A stretch of DNA of 64,000 nt from Candidatus Komeilibacteria bacterium CG11_big_fil_rev_8_21_14_0_20_36_20 (GTDB taxonomy: Bacteria; Patescibacteriota; Patescibacteriia; UBA1558; GWA2-36-10): the NCBI GenBank assembly GCA_002787405.1, contig PCWQ01000009.1, positions 132-64,131 of the forward strand, read 5' to 3'. Positions 16,651-28,004 of the stretch are shown in pieces; position 1 is the first letter of the stretch; the number at the start of each line of letters is the position of its first letter. The position numbers and the translations under genes are program-made. The notes under the pieces were generated by a model. The model had not been told where the DNA came from. It saw only the letters and a program-made list of their open reading frames with translations, and searched no databases.

Positions 16651-19608
16651 TTATTGAGAAAATCCTTCAGTGCTCCAAGTCGGTTCTTGAGCCACTATTC
16701 TAAATGTTCTAGTTTCAGACTGGGCACATTGATTGATACTATCGCAGGCCTCGACACTCCAGGTGTGGGTACCACTACAGAAAGTAATGGTAGTGGCATA
16801 GTCACCATTTTTGCCAGAATAAGAACTGATTTTTGGGCTGCCATCTATAATCAAAGTAGCTCTTTTTAGTTGATGGTCATCAATAATATTAGCGCTAAAT
16901 CGGACACTTGTATTATTAGAGGAATAGTTATTATTAGGCGTGAGTAAGTTAATGCTTGGCGGATTATCTTCAGGCGGTGTTCCTCCCTCTCCCACACTAT
17001 TTATTTCTAAAGCATTAAAGGCGCCCCAAGTGCCAGTTACCGTACCATTGAAGAAGAGATTTAGTTGCCCGTCAATTACATCAACAGTAAATGTTTCGGT
17101 AATATATTGGGCAGTGCCCTGCGAAATATGTTTTTGGAAGATTTCTTCAGCATAAACATCATATTCCTTTTGTCCGGCCAAAGCATCTCCGGAATAGAGG
17201 GTGATTTCATAAGTACCGGGATCAAGATCAACTAAGAAGGTATTACTAGATCGTCCGTCGGTCGGTAAATGCATATCTTGAAAGATATTATTATCAGCAG
17301 GATATTCGCCTCTATATCTAGGCATCATGCCAGATGTATTTTCCCAACCATATCCCAAATTGGCATTGTAGACCTGCAAGGGAAAACTGGTAAAGCCGGT
17401 CATAGTGTTAGATCTATCGGTATTATCAAAATCAAGTTTTAGTTCAAAAGGAGGGGCATCGCCAGTAGTAGTGTCGGGAACATTTGAAAGTCCACTCCAT
17501 AATAAAGCACCATCTCTAGTTTTGATTGCAAAATAATAATGTTTTTGCGGCAATAGATTGGAGATGGAGAATGTTTCTAGTGTTCCAGCAACTGACGGCT
17601 CAGGCTCGCCTGTTGCTTGAGTGGCTATATCCCAATTATTAGGAGTGATTGGATGATTATAATAGTATCTAATATCATATTCTTCAGCCGTGCCGCTATT
17701 TCCATTATCACCAGGCGCAGTCCAATTTAAAGTCACGGTAGTATAAGCTGTATCGGTCACTTCTAGGTCAGTCACATTAGCTGGAGGAGTGCCAGGAATA
17801 CAACTGCCATTGATACAGCATAATTGACCTTCATTGGAATTGACAAATTCGCCAGTGCATTCTTCACCCTGATTACAATAGTTACCGCCCTGTTCAGAGC
17901 AAGCGAGATAAATAAGTGGATTTTCTTTGAGTAGTATAGCAGCTTCTGAATTATTTAAATGAATTGCATTAATGGTGTTGATATTAACTGCTCCGTCGGC
18001 TTGTAATAAATGAAAGTCATCATTTAAATTAACTGTAACACCAGATGAATAACTACCTCCGGGTGGATTTAGCAGTACCAAGGATTTAGTGAATTCTCGG
18101 GCATAAATAGTAGGATTAGTTTGATAAATATAATAGTTTCCGATTGGCTTGCCAGGATCAACTTCTAAGGCTTCAATATGAGTATCCCTATATGGCGCAT
18201 CTGCATAGAGACTTAAAACATCAAAATAAGCTAATGTGTTTTCTTCGTCTTTAGCTAAATAATAGAGTGCTGCTTCATAAATTTCCAATCTGGATAAGCT
18301 GCTGTCATAATTACCTGGATTATAGCCATCCGGACAGTAACCAAATGGTCCGCAGGGATCGCCCCAAGGACGACGGGATGACCCTCTGACTTGAGTGCTC
18401 ATAATCACAGTCTTGTTATTATCTATCAGCTGTTGTGTGCTATCCAGTAATCTTTGCACCCATGGTTCGCTGACAAGTGGCTTAAGAAAGGCGAATTCTA
18501 AAAATTCTCCGTCAACTGCCTCGGCCAGATATAAAGATTCATCGGTGTAATAATATTCGGCAGGATTACCGATTAAAGATTTACCTTCCGGTAGTCTGCT
18601 TTTAAGCTCGGCTAAATATTGATAAATATCATGGTCATAATCGCCTACTGAATTATGGCAGCCGTCTACTTCGTCCCAGGTTCGTCCACCGTATTCTAGA
18701 ATACCTCCGCCTGAAACTATTCTCGTTTGCCCGCCGGCGTAAATACAGCCATTAGGCATAGCCAAGAATTCATCAATAAAAATTCTTTCAATTTCGTTTC
18801 CTTCAGCGGTTGGGGTTGTCAAAATAGTGTTTATTTCATCCGACATATAATCTTGGGCCAGTGGTGATGTCGGATTTAAAAACCATCTTCTAGTATTCCA
18901 ATCATAAGCATCCAATCTACACTCAGCTGTTGGTGTGCCTGGGCAACCAGTAATTTCTATTTGTTCCTTAAAAGATCCATCCATTTCATAAAGGTTAAGG
19001 ACAGTATTCTCTGAAAAATGTAAAAATGCATCCTCTAAGCCGTCATCGCGAGAACTGGCAAATTGTTCCAATCCATTATATCTGTCCAGTGTGTATTGGC
19101 TGACATCTTTAAGAGTGGTGTAATGAGAATGGGAGATAGTCGGATTGCGTGATTCTATTGGATCAAGGTACTCTGTTTGCAAGACTTCATCATAGTGGCC
19201 GGCAAACCAATCAAGTTCTTCCTGGACTGTTTGTTGATTAGAATATTTATAGCCGCGCACATCTCTGCCTAATAAAACATTTTGAAAATGAGGACTCCAT
19301 TTTGTATAACCGCATTCTTCTCCCAGAGGCTGCCAAGCAATATTTTCGTTATCAGGATCATAATAGCAACAATATCCACTGGTTTTTTCTTCGCCATTAC
19401 ATAAACAGGCAGAAGTGATAGGTGCTCTATTGGAGCAAGTTATAGTGGTACGCAAAGGAGTTTTATTAGGGCTACTGTGAAGCATAACAGCCATACTGAT
19501 TGAGCCAGCCGCCAATAGAGTAATTATCATGATTAAACCGCCAGCAAACATTGATTGCTTAATTTTTTGTTTGGCAGCTAATTTTGCTTTGATTTTATTA
19601 CTGTCCAT
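16651..19608 (-). CDS. large surface-anchored multidomain protein: putative glycoside hydrolase barrel + Cys-rich + FN3 + carbohydrate-binding-like + Ig-like
   Basis: N-terminal TM; WFLNPTSP, RIFIDE and DGEFLE barrel-like motifs; FN3 VTLNWTAPGDNG...YDIRY...YYFAIK; YNANLGYGW beta-sandwich. Confidence 0.7.
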   Translation of the reverse strand: MDSNKIKAKLAAKQKIKQSMFAGGLIMIITLLAAGSISMAVMLHSSPNKTPLRTTITCSNRAPITSACLCNGEEKTSGYCCYYDPDNENIAWQPLGEECGYTKWSPHFQNVLLGRDVRGYKYSNQQTVQEELDWFAGHYDEVLQTEYLDPIESRNPTISHSHYTTLKDVSQYTLDRYNGLEQFASSRDDGLEDAFLHFSENTVLNLYEMDGSFKEQIEITGCPGTPTAECRLDAYDWNTRRWFLNPTSPLAQDYMSDEINTILTTPTAEGNEIERIFIDEFLAMPNGCIYAGGQTRIVSGGGILEYGGRTWDEVDGCHNSVGDYDHDIYQYLAELKSRLPEGKSLIGNPAEYYYTDESLYLAEAVDGEFLEFAFLKPLVSEPWVQRLLDSTQQLIDNNKTVIMSTQVRGSSRRPWGDPCGPFGYCPDGYNPGNYDSSLSRLEIYEAALYYLAKDEENTLAYFDVLSLYADAPYRDTHIEALEVDPGKPIGNYYIYQTNPTIYAREFTKSLVLLNPPGGSYSSGVTVNLNDDFHLLQADGAVNINTINAIHLNNSEAAILLKENPLIYLACSEQGGNYCNQGEECTGEFVNSNEGQLCCINGSCIPGTPPANVTDLEVTDTAYTTVTLNWTAPGDNGNSGTAEEYDIRYYYNHPITPNNWDIATQATGEPEPSVAGTLETFSISNLLPQKHYYFAIKTRDGALLWSGLSNVPDTTTGDAPPFELKLDFDNTDRSNTMTGFTSFPLQVYNANLGYGWENTSGMMPRYRGEYPADNNIFQDMHLPTDGRSSNTFLVDLDPGTYEITLYSGDALAGQKEYDVYAEEIFQKHISQGTAQYITETFTVDVIDGQLNLFFNGTVTGTWGAFNALEINSVGEGGTPPEDNPPSINLLTPNNNYSSNNTSVRFSANIIDDHQLKRATLIIDGSPKISSYSGKNGDYATTITFCSGTHTWSVEACDSINQCAQSETRTFRIVAQEPTWSTEGFSQ

Positions 19609-19679
19609 TTTTTTATAGTTACTAATAAAGTAATTATTGTATTATATTATAGCATAGTTATTACAAAAAAATAAGTTAA

Positions 19680-19711
19680 AAAGAAGCCCCTGCTAAGCAG
19701 GGGCTTCTTTT
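19680..19711. terminator. intrinsic terminator after tig
   Basis: AAAGAAGCCCCTGC-TAA-GCAGGGGCTTCTTT perfect hairpin. Confidence 0.8.
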
Positions 19712-20991
19712 TATTGGATAATCTTTTCAGAAATAAATTTGACTACTTTTTGATTATTAATCAGATTGGCTGTGTGTTGACGATAGCCAGGCAGTTGAAT
19801 ATTTTTGATGACCTCTTTATTATCTTTGTAAAGCTCCATTTGTTTTTTAATTTGCTCCTTGATTTCCTGTTCACTGCTTTGGATATTTTCCTCTTGAGCA
19901 AGCTGCCTTAAAATCAAAGCGGCTTTAACTCTTTCTTGGGCTTGCGGCTGGAAATCCTTTTCCAAATCTTCCCGGGTCTTATTAATTGATTTTAGATAGC
20001 CGGCTATGTCCATACTTTGACTTCTGACATTATGTTCTAATTCATAAAGCATTTTCTGGATTTCATTTTTAATCAGGATGTCCGGAATTTCGCCAATAGT
20101 TGAAAATTTTACAATTTCGTTAACTGCTTCGGCTTCGGTTCTTTGTTTTTCTTTAGCTTCTTTGTCGCGGCTGATATTTTCACGGAGTTGTTCTTTGAGT
20201 TTTTCCAGATCATCAAATCCAATATTTTTAGCAAACTGATCATCAAGTTTTGGCAACTCTCTGGAAAAAACATTTAAGACTTTTACTTTAAAATCAGCTT
20301 TTTTCCCAGCCAGATTTGTTTGGAAATATTTAGCAGGAAATTCTAACTCAAATTCAGTTTTATCTTCGTCTTTGAGGCCGATTAATTTATCCTCAAAGCC
20401 GGGGATCATTCGATTTTGTCCAATAATGACGGGATATTTGCTGCTTTTACCGCCTTCAATCACAACTTTATTAATCAGCACTTCAAAATCAACTTCCACT
20501 TTATCGCCCTTAGCGGCTGGTCGATTAGCCAGAGTTTCTTTGACATTCATTTCCTGAAGTTGTTGGAGAGTCTGTTCAATTTCTTCAGAGCTAGCTTTAA
20601 CCTTTTTTTTCTTAACTATAATTTTTTGCCAGTCACCTAGGGTTACTTGGGGTAAAAGAGAGACTATAGCCGTATAAACTACCGGATTACCAGGGGCTAA
20701 TTTATCTACCTTGATTTCCGGTTGGCCGATTGTTTCTAATTTTTCGCGAGTGATTGCTTTGTAGAAACTTGAGGAAATGATGTGTTCCAACGCTTCTTGA
20801 TGAATATTCATTTCACCAAAATGTTGTTTAATTAATTGATAAGGCACCTTACCTGGTCGAAAGCCGGGAATTTTATTTTTATGCGAAAGCCGTTCGGCAG
20901 CATTTTTTAAATGAGGTTCTAATTCTTCAGGGGAAACCTCAATTGTTAGTTCTAGTTGATTTTTTTCTAGATCTTTTTTATTTATTTTCAT
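19711..20991 (-). CDS. tig: trigger factor
   Basis: IPGFRPGKVP signature, FKBP domain MIPGFEDKLIG; likely start MKINKK at 20991. Confidence 0.96.
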   Translation of the reverse strand: MKINKKDLEKNQLELTIEVSPEELEPHLKNAAERLSHKNKIPGFRPGKVPYQLIKQHFGEMNIHQEALEHIISSSFYKAITREKLETIGQPEIKVDKLAPGNPVVYTAIVSLLPQVTLGDWQKIIVKKKKVKASSEEIEQTLQQLQEMNVKETLANRPAAKGDKVEVDFEVLINKVVIEGGKSSKYPVIIGQNRMIPGFEDKLIGLKDEDKTEFELEFPAKYFQTNLAGKKADFKVKVLNVFSRELPKLDDQFAKNIGFDDLEKLKEQLRENISRDKEAKEKQRTEAEAVNEIVKFSTIGEIPDILIKNEIQKMLYELEHNVRSQSMDIAGYLKSINKTREDLEKDFQPQAQERVKAALILRQLAQEENIQSSEQEIKEQIKKQMELYKDNKEVIKNIQLPGYRQHTANLINNQKVVKFISEKIIQ

Positions 20992-20995
20992 AGAT

Positions 20996-23050
20996 CTAGC
21001 CAAGAATAATGGCAATTAATAATAAAGCAACTACATTTAAAATTTTAATCATAGGGTTGATAGCTGGGCCAGCGGTGTCTTTGTAGGGGTCACCGACAGT
21101 ATCACCGGTAATGGCTGCTTTATGTGCGACAGAACCCTTACCACCATGATGGCCGCTCTCAATATATTTTTTAGCATTATCCCAAGCTCCGCCACCTGAG
21201 GTCATGGAAATAGCAATAAAAATTCCGGTCACGATACTACCCACCAACAGGCCCCCTAAAGTAGTGAGGGCATTATCCATATTACCTAAGATTAAACCAA
21301 AAATTATAATAATTAAGATAGGCGCTAAAACTGGAATTAAAGCAGGTAAGATCATTTGTTTAAGGGCGCCCTTGGTAACAATATCTACAGTTGATTTATA
21401 ATCCGGTTTTTCACTACCGTCCATAATACCTGGCTTGTCTTTAAACTGCTGACGGACATCTTTAACTACATAACCAGCTGTTTTCCCAACCGCTTCCATT
21501 GATAGAGCGCCGAAGATATAAGGCAAGAGACCGCCGATAAAAAGACCAGCTAATACATAAGGATTGTCTAAAGTAAAAATTAATTCTTTTCCAGCGTTTA
21601 ATAATTCTTCAGTATAAGCGGCAAATAAGACTAAAGCAGCCAAACCGGCGGAAGCAATAGCATAACCCTTGGTTACGGCTTTAGTAGTATTACCTACTGC
21701 GTCTAAAGGATCAGTGATGCGGCGGACATCTTCAGATAATTCAGCCATTTCTGCAATTCCTCCGGCGTTATCAGTAATGGGGCCATAGGCATCAATAGTA
21801 ACAATAATACCAGCTAATGACAGCATGCTCATGGCAGCGACTGCGATGCCATAAAGTCCAGCAAAATAATAAGCAGTGATAATACCAATAACAATAACAA
21901 GTACTGGCCAGGCGGTTGATTTCATACTAATAGCTAAACCTTGAATAACATTAGTGCCATGGCCGGTTTCAGAGGCCTTAGCGATTGATTTTACTGGTTT
22001 ATATTTTGTGGAAGTATAATATTCGGTTAGCCAAACAATAAAAGCGGTGACGATTAAACCCACCAAACTAGCATAATAAATATTTAAATAATTAATACTG
22101 ACTAGATCAGACATCATGTTTTTCGTGACAAAATAAAATATCACTGCTGTAATCAAGCCGGCGGCGATTAATCCTTTATAGAGAGCTTTCATAATCGCGC
22201 CACTTTTTTCAATTTCCTCTATACTTTTCTTTTTGTTGATTCTAATAAATATTAAACCAATTAAAGAAGAAATAATAGCCACCGCTCCCAGGGCAATAGG
22301 ATAAAGTACGGCATTATCAATATTTTTAAAAGTTAGTGCTCCTAAAAGCATAGTGGCTACCAAAGTGACGGCGTAAGTTTCAAATAAATCAGCAGCCATA
22401 CCAGCACAATCACCGACATTATCACCGACATTATCAGCAATGACGGCTGGATTGCGCGGATCATCTTCAGGAATACCAGCTTCAATTTTACCGACTAAAT
22501 CGGCTCCCACATCAGCTGCTTTAGTGAAGATGCCGCCACCTAAGCGGGCGAAAACAGAAATCAAACTTCCGCCAAAACCTAAGCCAATTAAATGTTTAAC
22601 AGTGATAAAAGGAAGGGCATATAGTCCGGCTACTCCTAAAAGAGCCAAGCCGACTACCAGCATACCAGTTACTGAACCACCTAAAACGGCCAATTTCATC
22701 GCTGGCTGGATGCCATGCTTAGCGGCCTCTGTAGTGCGAACATTGGTTCTAACAGAAACATTCATTCCAATGATACCGGCAGCGGCTGATAAAACAGCCC
22801 CAATAATAAAGGCTAAGGCCGTACCCCAGTCAATAATAAAACCCAAAATAATAAATAGGGCGATGGCTAAATAGCTAATAGTTTTATATTGGCGGGTTAG
22901 AAAAGCTTTAGCTCCAGTTTGAATAGCTTTGGCGATTTCTATCATTTTTTCATCGCCGGTTGGCTCACGAAGAATTTTTTTGATCAACAGTATTCCAAAA
23001 ATAATGGAGATGATTGCAGCCAAGATGGCTAAAGTGGTTACACTAAACAT
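20996..23050 (-). CDS. hppA: membrane-integral pyrophosphatase (K+-independent type)
   Basis: [46 protein letters not shown]. Confidence 0.95.
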   Translation of the reverse strand: MFSVTTLAILAAIISIIFGILLIKKILREPTGDEKMIEIAKAIQTGAKAFLTRQYKTISYLAIALFIILGFIIDWGTALAFIIGAVLSAAAGIIGMNVSVRTNVRTTEAAKHGIQPAMKLAVLGGSVTGMLVVGLALLGVAGLYALPFITVKHLIGLGFGGSLISVFARLGGGIFTKAADVGADLVGKIEAGIPEDDPRNPAVIADNVGDNVGDCAGMAADLFETYAVTLVATMLLGALTFKNIDNAVLYPIALGAVAIISSLIGLIFIRINKKKSIEEIEKSGAIMKALYKGLIAAGLITAVIFYFVTKNMMSDLVSINYLNIYYASLVGLIVTAFIVWLTEYYTSTKYKPVKSIAKASETGHGTNVIQGLAISMKSTAWPVLVIVIGIITAYYFAGLYGIAVAAMSMLSLAGIIVTIDAYGPITDNAGGIAEMAELSEDVRRITDPLDAVGNTTKAVTKGYAIASAGLAALVLFAAYTEELLNAGKELIFTLDNPYVLAGLFIGGLLPYIFGALSMEAVGKTAGYVVKDVRQQFKDKPGIMDGSEKPDYKSTVDIVTKGALKQMILPALIPVLAPILIIIIFGLILGNMDNALTTLGGLLVGSIVTGIFIAISMTSGGGAWDNAKKYIESGHHGGKGSVAHKAAITGDTVGDPYKDTAGPAINPMIKILNVVALLLIAIILG

Positions 23051-23077
23051 AAGTTTCTAATTAATTCTTTATAAAAA

Positions 23078-24421
23078 TTATTTTGAATCTGACGATTTTT
23101 TTGAACTAGTAGATTTGGTTTTAGTTTTGGCGGTTTTTTCTTTTTTAGCTTTTTCTTTTTCATCGTCGGTTTTGGCTTTTTTAATCTTTTTTTTATCTTC
23201 CTTAACTTCAACTTTCTCAGTTTCTTCTTCTACTTTTTCCTCTTTATTTTTTTTATCATCTTTTTTATCATCCGTATTTGATATTTTATCATTAATAGCA
23301 TTAGAAACAATGTCTATTTTCCAACCAGTTAATTTTGCAGCTAGGCGGACATTTTGTCCTTGACGGCCAATAGCTAAAGATAATTGATCTTCTTTAACTT
23401 TGACGGAAGCTGTTTTTTCTTTTTTCTTAATGTCTATTGACTCAATTTCAGCTGGACTTAAACTATTGGTAATAAAATTTTTAAGATCTTCATCCCATTC
23501 GATGATGTCTATTTTTTCACCGCCTAATTCATTAATGACAGTTTGGACTCGGGCTCCTTTTTGACCGACACACGAACCAACTGGATCGATATTATCTTCC
23601 GTAGCCACTACGGCAATTTTTGAACGTGAGCCCGCTTCTCGAGCAATTGATTTTATTTCTACTGCACCAGAGGCAACCTCTGGCACTTCGGTGGCAAAAA
23701 GTTCTTTGACAATTTCTGGATGTGTGCGAGAGAGGACTATTTCTGGACCTTTACCGCCCATTCTAACTTGGACAATATAAAAATTTAAACGACTACCGAT
23801 GTTATATCTTTCATTTCTAATTTGCTCTTCAGGTAAGAGGATACCATTAGCTTGGCCTAAATTAACAATAAATCTTCTGCCTTCGCGACGCTGAATAGTT
23901 CCCAAAACCAACTCGCCTTCTTTGTTTTTATAGGCATTAAAGATATGATCCCTTTCAGCTTCGCGTAAACGTTGGACAATGACCTGTTTGGCGGTTTGAG
24001 CAGCCATACGACCATATTCTTCCGGTACCGCTAGTTTTGTTTCAATCACGTCTCCTATTTTGTAGTCAGGGTTTTTTTGCTGGGCTTCGGAAATCATAAT
24101 ATCAGTGCGGGGATTGAATTTTTTTATTTCTTCTTCTTCACTGATCTCTTCTCCTGCTTCGCGGCGTTCTTTTATTTTTTCTAGAGCTTTTTCCTGCTCT
24201 TCTAGATCAACATTTTCCATTACTATTTTAACGTCGAAAACAGCCGTTTGTCCGTTGTCGGCATTAAAAACAACCTTGATATTTTGGTCTTTAGTACCAA
24301 ATTCTTTGCGATAGGCGGCAGCTAGGGCTGCTTCAATAGCTCCAATTACTGCCTCCATCGACAGGTTTTTTTCTTCGCAAATTTGTTTGATGGCTGTAGA
24401 TAGATTATTGCTCATGGCCAT
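23078..24421 (-). CDS. nusA: transcription termination/antitermination factor NusA
   Basis: GRMAAQTAKQVI, S1 and KH domains (AREAGSRSKIAV, AIGRQGQNVRLA); Lys/Glu-rich tail. Confidence 0.97.
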   Translation of the reverse strand: MAMSNNLSTAIKQICEEKNLSMEAVIGAIEAALAAAYRKEFGTKDQNIKVVFNADNGQTAVFDVKIVMENVDLEEQEKALEKIKERREAGEEISEEEEIKKFNPRTDIMISEAQQKNPDYKIGDVIETKLAVPEEYGRMAAQTAKQVIVQRLREAERDHIFNAYKNKEGELVLGTIQRREGRRFIVNLGQANGILLPEEQIRNERYNIGSRLNFYIVQVRMGGKGPEIVLSRTHPEIVKELFATEVPEVASGAVEIKSIAREAGSRSKIAVVATEDNIDPVGSCVGQKGARVQTVINELGGEKIDIIEWDEDLKNFITNSLSPAEIESIDIKKKEKTASVKVKEDQLSLAIGRQGQNVRLAAKLTGWKIDIVSNAINDKISNTDDKKDDKKNKEEKVEEETEKVEVKEDKKKIKKAKTDDEKEKAKKEKTAKTKTKSTSSKKSSDSK

Positions 24422-24553
24422 ATTTTTGATTTTAAATTTATAAAAATAAGCTAGTCTACAATAAACTAGCTTAATCATTAGTAATCTTACTATTGTTTGT
24501 CATTTTAGTCAACCTTTTACGAGGACTTATTTTTGATTGGATTAGGGGGCTGA

Positions 24554-24907
24554 TTAGACTAAAAATCTTTTAATACTTGCTCGGCGATTTTTTGTTTCAA
24601 TTACGCAAATTTCTATTTCGCAGTTTTCTGGCAGTTTATTTTTCTTTTGCATAATTTGATAAGCTTGATTAAGGTGTTCCAATTTTTGTTGATTAACAGT
24701 TTCTTCTCCATAGCCCAGATTATAATTATTTCGAGTTTTCACTTCAACAATTAATATCCGATTATTTTTTTGTAAAACTAAATCTAATTCTCCATAGCGA
24801 GTCCAGTAATTTTGTTGAACAATTTTCCAGCCACGTTGTTGATAAAATTGAGCGGCGATTTTTTCTCCCAGAGACCCTAATTGTTGTCTATAATTTTTTT
24901 TGGACAT
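24554..24907 (-). CDS. YraN family (UPF0102) protein
   Basis: LGSLGEKIAA, NYWTRYGELDLV, VEVKTR. Confidence 0.9.
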   Translation of the reverse strand: MSKKNYRQQLGSLGEKIAAQFYQQRGWKIVQQNYWTRYGELDLVLQKNNRILIVEVKTRNNYNLGYGEETVNQQKLEHLNQAYQIMQKKNKLPENCEIEICVIETKNRRASIKRFLV

Positions 24908-24952
24908 AAAACAGGCTTAATGATTTGCCCGTTTTTATTTTTAAAAATTTAT

Positions 24953-25360
24953 TTATTTTCTTTTAGGTAACCAGCGATTAAATTCTTCTTCTGTTTTTTT
25001 TATTTCTTCTTTTTTTGGGATTTCTTTTTTCCAGTATTTAATAATAAATGCCAGCCAGATAAAGGCGAAGATTATCCAAAGCAACATCCAGATCCTAGCT
25101 CCTAGATATATTGCTCTTACTTCCCGAAAGAAAAAAAGAGCTAAGCCAATCAGCCCGATTGTCCAGCCCCAAAGTTGTAATTTTGTCCAAAGTTTTTTAA
25201 ATAATCCCGAGCTTTTTGTCAGTTTTCGGGCAGCGTAAATACCTATGACAATCGCCCCAATAAAGACTATTAAAAGAATAATTCTCATTGTCCACGAGAA
25301 ACCCACTATAGGGTATCTTTCTAGTAAATATGACCAATTCAACAATTTAGATAAATCCAT
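24953..25360 (-). CDS. hypothetical membrane protein
   Basis: 3 TM segments, basic C-terminus. Confidence 0.75.
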   Translation of the reverse strand: MDLSKLLNWSYLLERYPIVGFSWTMRIILLIVFIGAIVIGIYAARKLTKSSGLFKKLWTKLQLWGWTIGLIGLALFFFREVRAIYLGARIWMLLWIIFAFIWLAFIIKYWKKEIPKKEEIKKTEEEFNRWLPKRK

Positions 25361-25416
25361 AGTTCTTAAATTTTCTAGAATGGATATTAGATGATTTAGA
25401 GGATAAAGTCAATTAG

Positions 25417-26064
25417 CTATTCTTTTTCAAAAATTAAACCGAAATGATATTTACCGGCCTTAAAACTCTGGAGTAATTTTAAATCTAACTGTTGGGCATA
25501 GCCCTGAATTTTTTCTTGGTCAACCTGCAAATCGTCAGGTGGGGCAAATCCTTGGGTAGTATTACTCCAGTCAATAATCAGCAATTTGCCCCCTGATTTT
25601 AGAAGGCGAGTTCCTTCAGCTATTATCTCATAGTGTTTCTTGGATTGAAAAAGGATATTAACCAAAAGAGCAAAATCAAGAGATCCTTCTGGTATTTTAG
25701 TAGCGCCGACTATTTCTAAGTTGCTCCAGATAATTTTAATATTATACAGACCAATCATCCTTGCTTTTGATTCTATTTCTCCCAGAGTTCCTTTGACTAC
25801 ATCAACGGCATAAACTTGCCCGCGGTCACCGACTAGCCGGGCGGCTTGCATAGTAAAGAGTCCTCCGCCTGCCCCCAAATCAGCTACAATATTTCCAGGT
25901 TGCAACTGCAGAATATTTTTTAGAATATTGCCAAAATTAAGCAGTTCACTCTTACCAAGAGAACTTTGCTGATTAGCCAGAGTCGAAGTAGCCATTATTT
26001 CATCTTTGTTTAGTTGGTTAACATTTTGATTGTTAACTGATGGATTTGTTTGTGTTTCAGACAT
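25417..26064 (-). CDS. class I SAM-dependent methyltransferase
   Basis: VADLGAGGG, VYAVDV, LKSGGKLLIIDW. Confidence 0.9.
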   Translation of the reverse strand: MSETQTNPSVNNQNVNQLNKDEIMATSTLANQQSSLGKSELLNFGNILKNILQLQPGNIVADLGAGGGLFTMQAARLVGDRGQVYAVDVVKGTLGEIESKARMIGLYNIKIIWSNLEIVGATKIPEGSLDFALLVNILFQSKKHYEIIAEGTRLLKSGGKLLIIDWSNTTQGFAPPDDLQVDQEKIQGYAQQLDLKLLQSFKAGKYHFGLIFEKE

Positions 26065-26183
26065 ATGTTTCTATTTATATTATTATTATAACAAAAATAT
26101 AACCCATTAGCCATTGTTAGTTGAATAATAATAATAAAAAAGGTAGAATATACTATATAATAATCAGTTTTTGTTTATTCAAT

Positions 26184-26720
26184 ATGCTGACTCTGGTTAT
26201 AGAATTATTTTGGCTTTTTTTGCCAGCGGGAGTTGCCAATATGGCTCCAGTTATTTTTCGTCGCCTGTCTTTTTTAAGTTGTCCAGTAGACTTTAACAAA
26301 CAGCTTAAGGGTCAGCCGATTTTTGGTACTCATAAGACTTATCGCGGATTTTTCTTTGGTATTTTAGCGGCTATTATTACCGTTTATTTGCAGAGATTAG
26401 CCGGAGGCCCTATATTGGATTATGCTTTAGTTGATTATAATCAGATTAATATTTTTTGGTTCGGATTTTTGATGGGCTTTGGAGCGTTGTTTGGTGATTT
26501 GATTCGGAGTTTTATCAAACGCCGCTTGAAGATGGAACCAGGCAAATTATGGATTCCCTTTGACCAGATTGATTGGATAATTGGGAGTATTGCTTTCACT
26601 TTTTTTTATTTTCAATTATCTTATTTGATGTTTTTTTTGGCCTTAGTGTTAGGTGGGATCCTTCATATGTTAGCCAATTATCTCGGCTATCTATTAAAAA
26701 TAAAAAGAGCTAAGCTTTAG
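26184..26720 (+). CDS. CDP-archaeol synthase-like protein (CarS/DUF46)
   Basis: LPAGVANMAPV, PVDF, FGTHKTYRG, GDLIRSFIKRR, FDQIDW. Confidence 0.85.
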   Translation: MLTLVIELFWLFLPAGVANMAPVIFRRLSFLSCPVDFNKQLKGQPIFGTHKTYRGFFFGILAAIITVYLQRLAGGPILDYALVDYNQINIFWFGFLMGFGALFGDLIRSFIKRRLKMEPGKLWIPFDQIDWIIGSIAFTFFYFQLSYLMFFLALVLGGILHMLANYLGYLLKIKRAKL

Positions 26721-26729
26721 AGTAATATA

Positions 26730-28004
26730 ATGAGGTGTTCTAAATTTTTATTATTAGTTATTATAGCGGCAATAATTACTGCCGGAGTCTTTTTTATTAA
26801 TAATCGTCAAGCAGAAAGACAACCACCTCACCAAACTCCCCCTTCAAATAATAATCAGCAGATTCCTACTCCTCCGCCATCAGCGCCTATAAAATTTATT
26901 CATACTGAAGGCCAAAAAATTAGGGATCAAAACGGGAACGAGATATTTTTAAGAGGTTTTAATATAGGGCCAGTTAAGTTTGCTAGTTATAAAGATGGTC
27001 TTAATACTTTAGAACAAATTGATGCTTTTAATGATATAGTATTAAAAAATTATATTTCGCAATGGGATGTAATCAATATGAAAAACATGGGGGCTAATGT
27101 CTTACGGGCTCATTCTTACTTAAGATTTTATACTTTAGAAACAGGGTCATATCAGTATGATGAAGGCTATCTAAAAACCCTTGATGATTTAATAAATATT
27201 GCCTACAGCAAGGGGATATCTGTTATTATAACTATGACTGGAGCAGGCCAAAATGAGCATCAAAATGAAACCAATGGTTTAGGCAACACTCTTTGGACTG
27301 ATCATGATTTAAGAAGTAGGGTTATTGCTGCTTGGAAATATATTGCTAAATATTATGCTAATAATCCTGGCGTAGCTGGTTATGATATCTTAAATGAACC
27401 TAGCCCCACTTCGGAGGAAATTTTTCACGCATTTTATAAGGATGTTATTGATGAGATAAGACAAGTTGATAGGAATCATATGATAATTTTAAGCGCCAAT
27501 TATTTTAGTGAGGAGGCCGTTTATAGTTGCGGTGGAGAATATAATGATAGCAACGTTTTATTGCAAATACACCAATATGTAGACGCTAATAAAAATGCTG
27601 AAGAAAATCCCGAATCTGTAATTTACCCGACAAGAGAATTATTAGAGCAAAAACTTCAAAAAATGTATTTATTCTGGCCAGAGTTACAAAAACATCCTTT
27701 ATTTATAGGTGAGTTTAGTGCTTTATGGGAGTCAGAAGAAAAAGGATTACGATGGACTAAAGATATGATTGAATTAATGAACCAATATGGAATTCACTGG
27801 ACATATTTTTCTTATAAACATATATTTGGCCAAACAAGAGGTTTATACGGAGCAATAGAATGGTGGCAAAAAGATGTCACGCCAGAACAAATAGATAATC
27901 TTGAGATTAGTGAAGGACAGAAACTATTACTTCAAACTACAGAAAACTATCTCATCAACCAAGAAGTAGGAAAAATTTTAAAAGACGGTTTTAAATTTAA
28001 GTAA
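26730..28004 (+). CDS. membrane-anchored glycoside hydrolase family 5 protein
   Basis: Signal anchor, Pro-rich linker, YDILNEP (acid/base) and FIGEF (nucleophile), IHWTYF. Confidence 0.85.
   Translation: MRCSKFLLLVIIAAIITAGVFFINNRQAERQPPHQTPPSNNNQQIPTPPPSAPIKFIHTEGQKIRDQNGNEIFLRGFNIGPVKFASYKDGLNTLEQIDAFNDIVLKNYISQWDVINMKNMGANVLRAHSYLRFYTLETGSYQYDEGYLKTLDDLINIAYSKGISVIITMTGAGQNEHQNETNGLGNTLWTDHDLRSRVIAAWKYIAKYYANNPGVAGYDILNEPSPTSEEIFHAFYKDVIDEIRQVDRNHMIILSANYFSEEAVYSCGGEYNDSNVLLQIHQYVDANKNAEENPESVIYPTRELLEQKLQKMYLFWPELQKHPLFIGEFSALWESEEKGLRWTKDMIELMNQYGIHWTYFSYKHIFGQTRGLYGAIEWWQKDVTPEQIDNLEISEGQKLLLQTTENYLINQEVGKILKDGFKFK

Noticed and set aside
23078..23290. Low-complexity K/E/D repeats in the NusA tail
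   Set aside because: Ordinary disordered tail, not a tandem DNA repeat.
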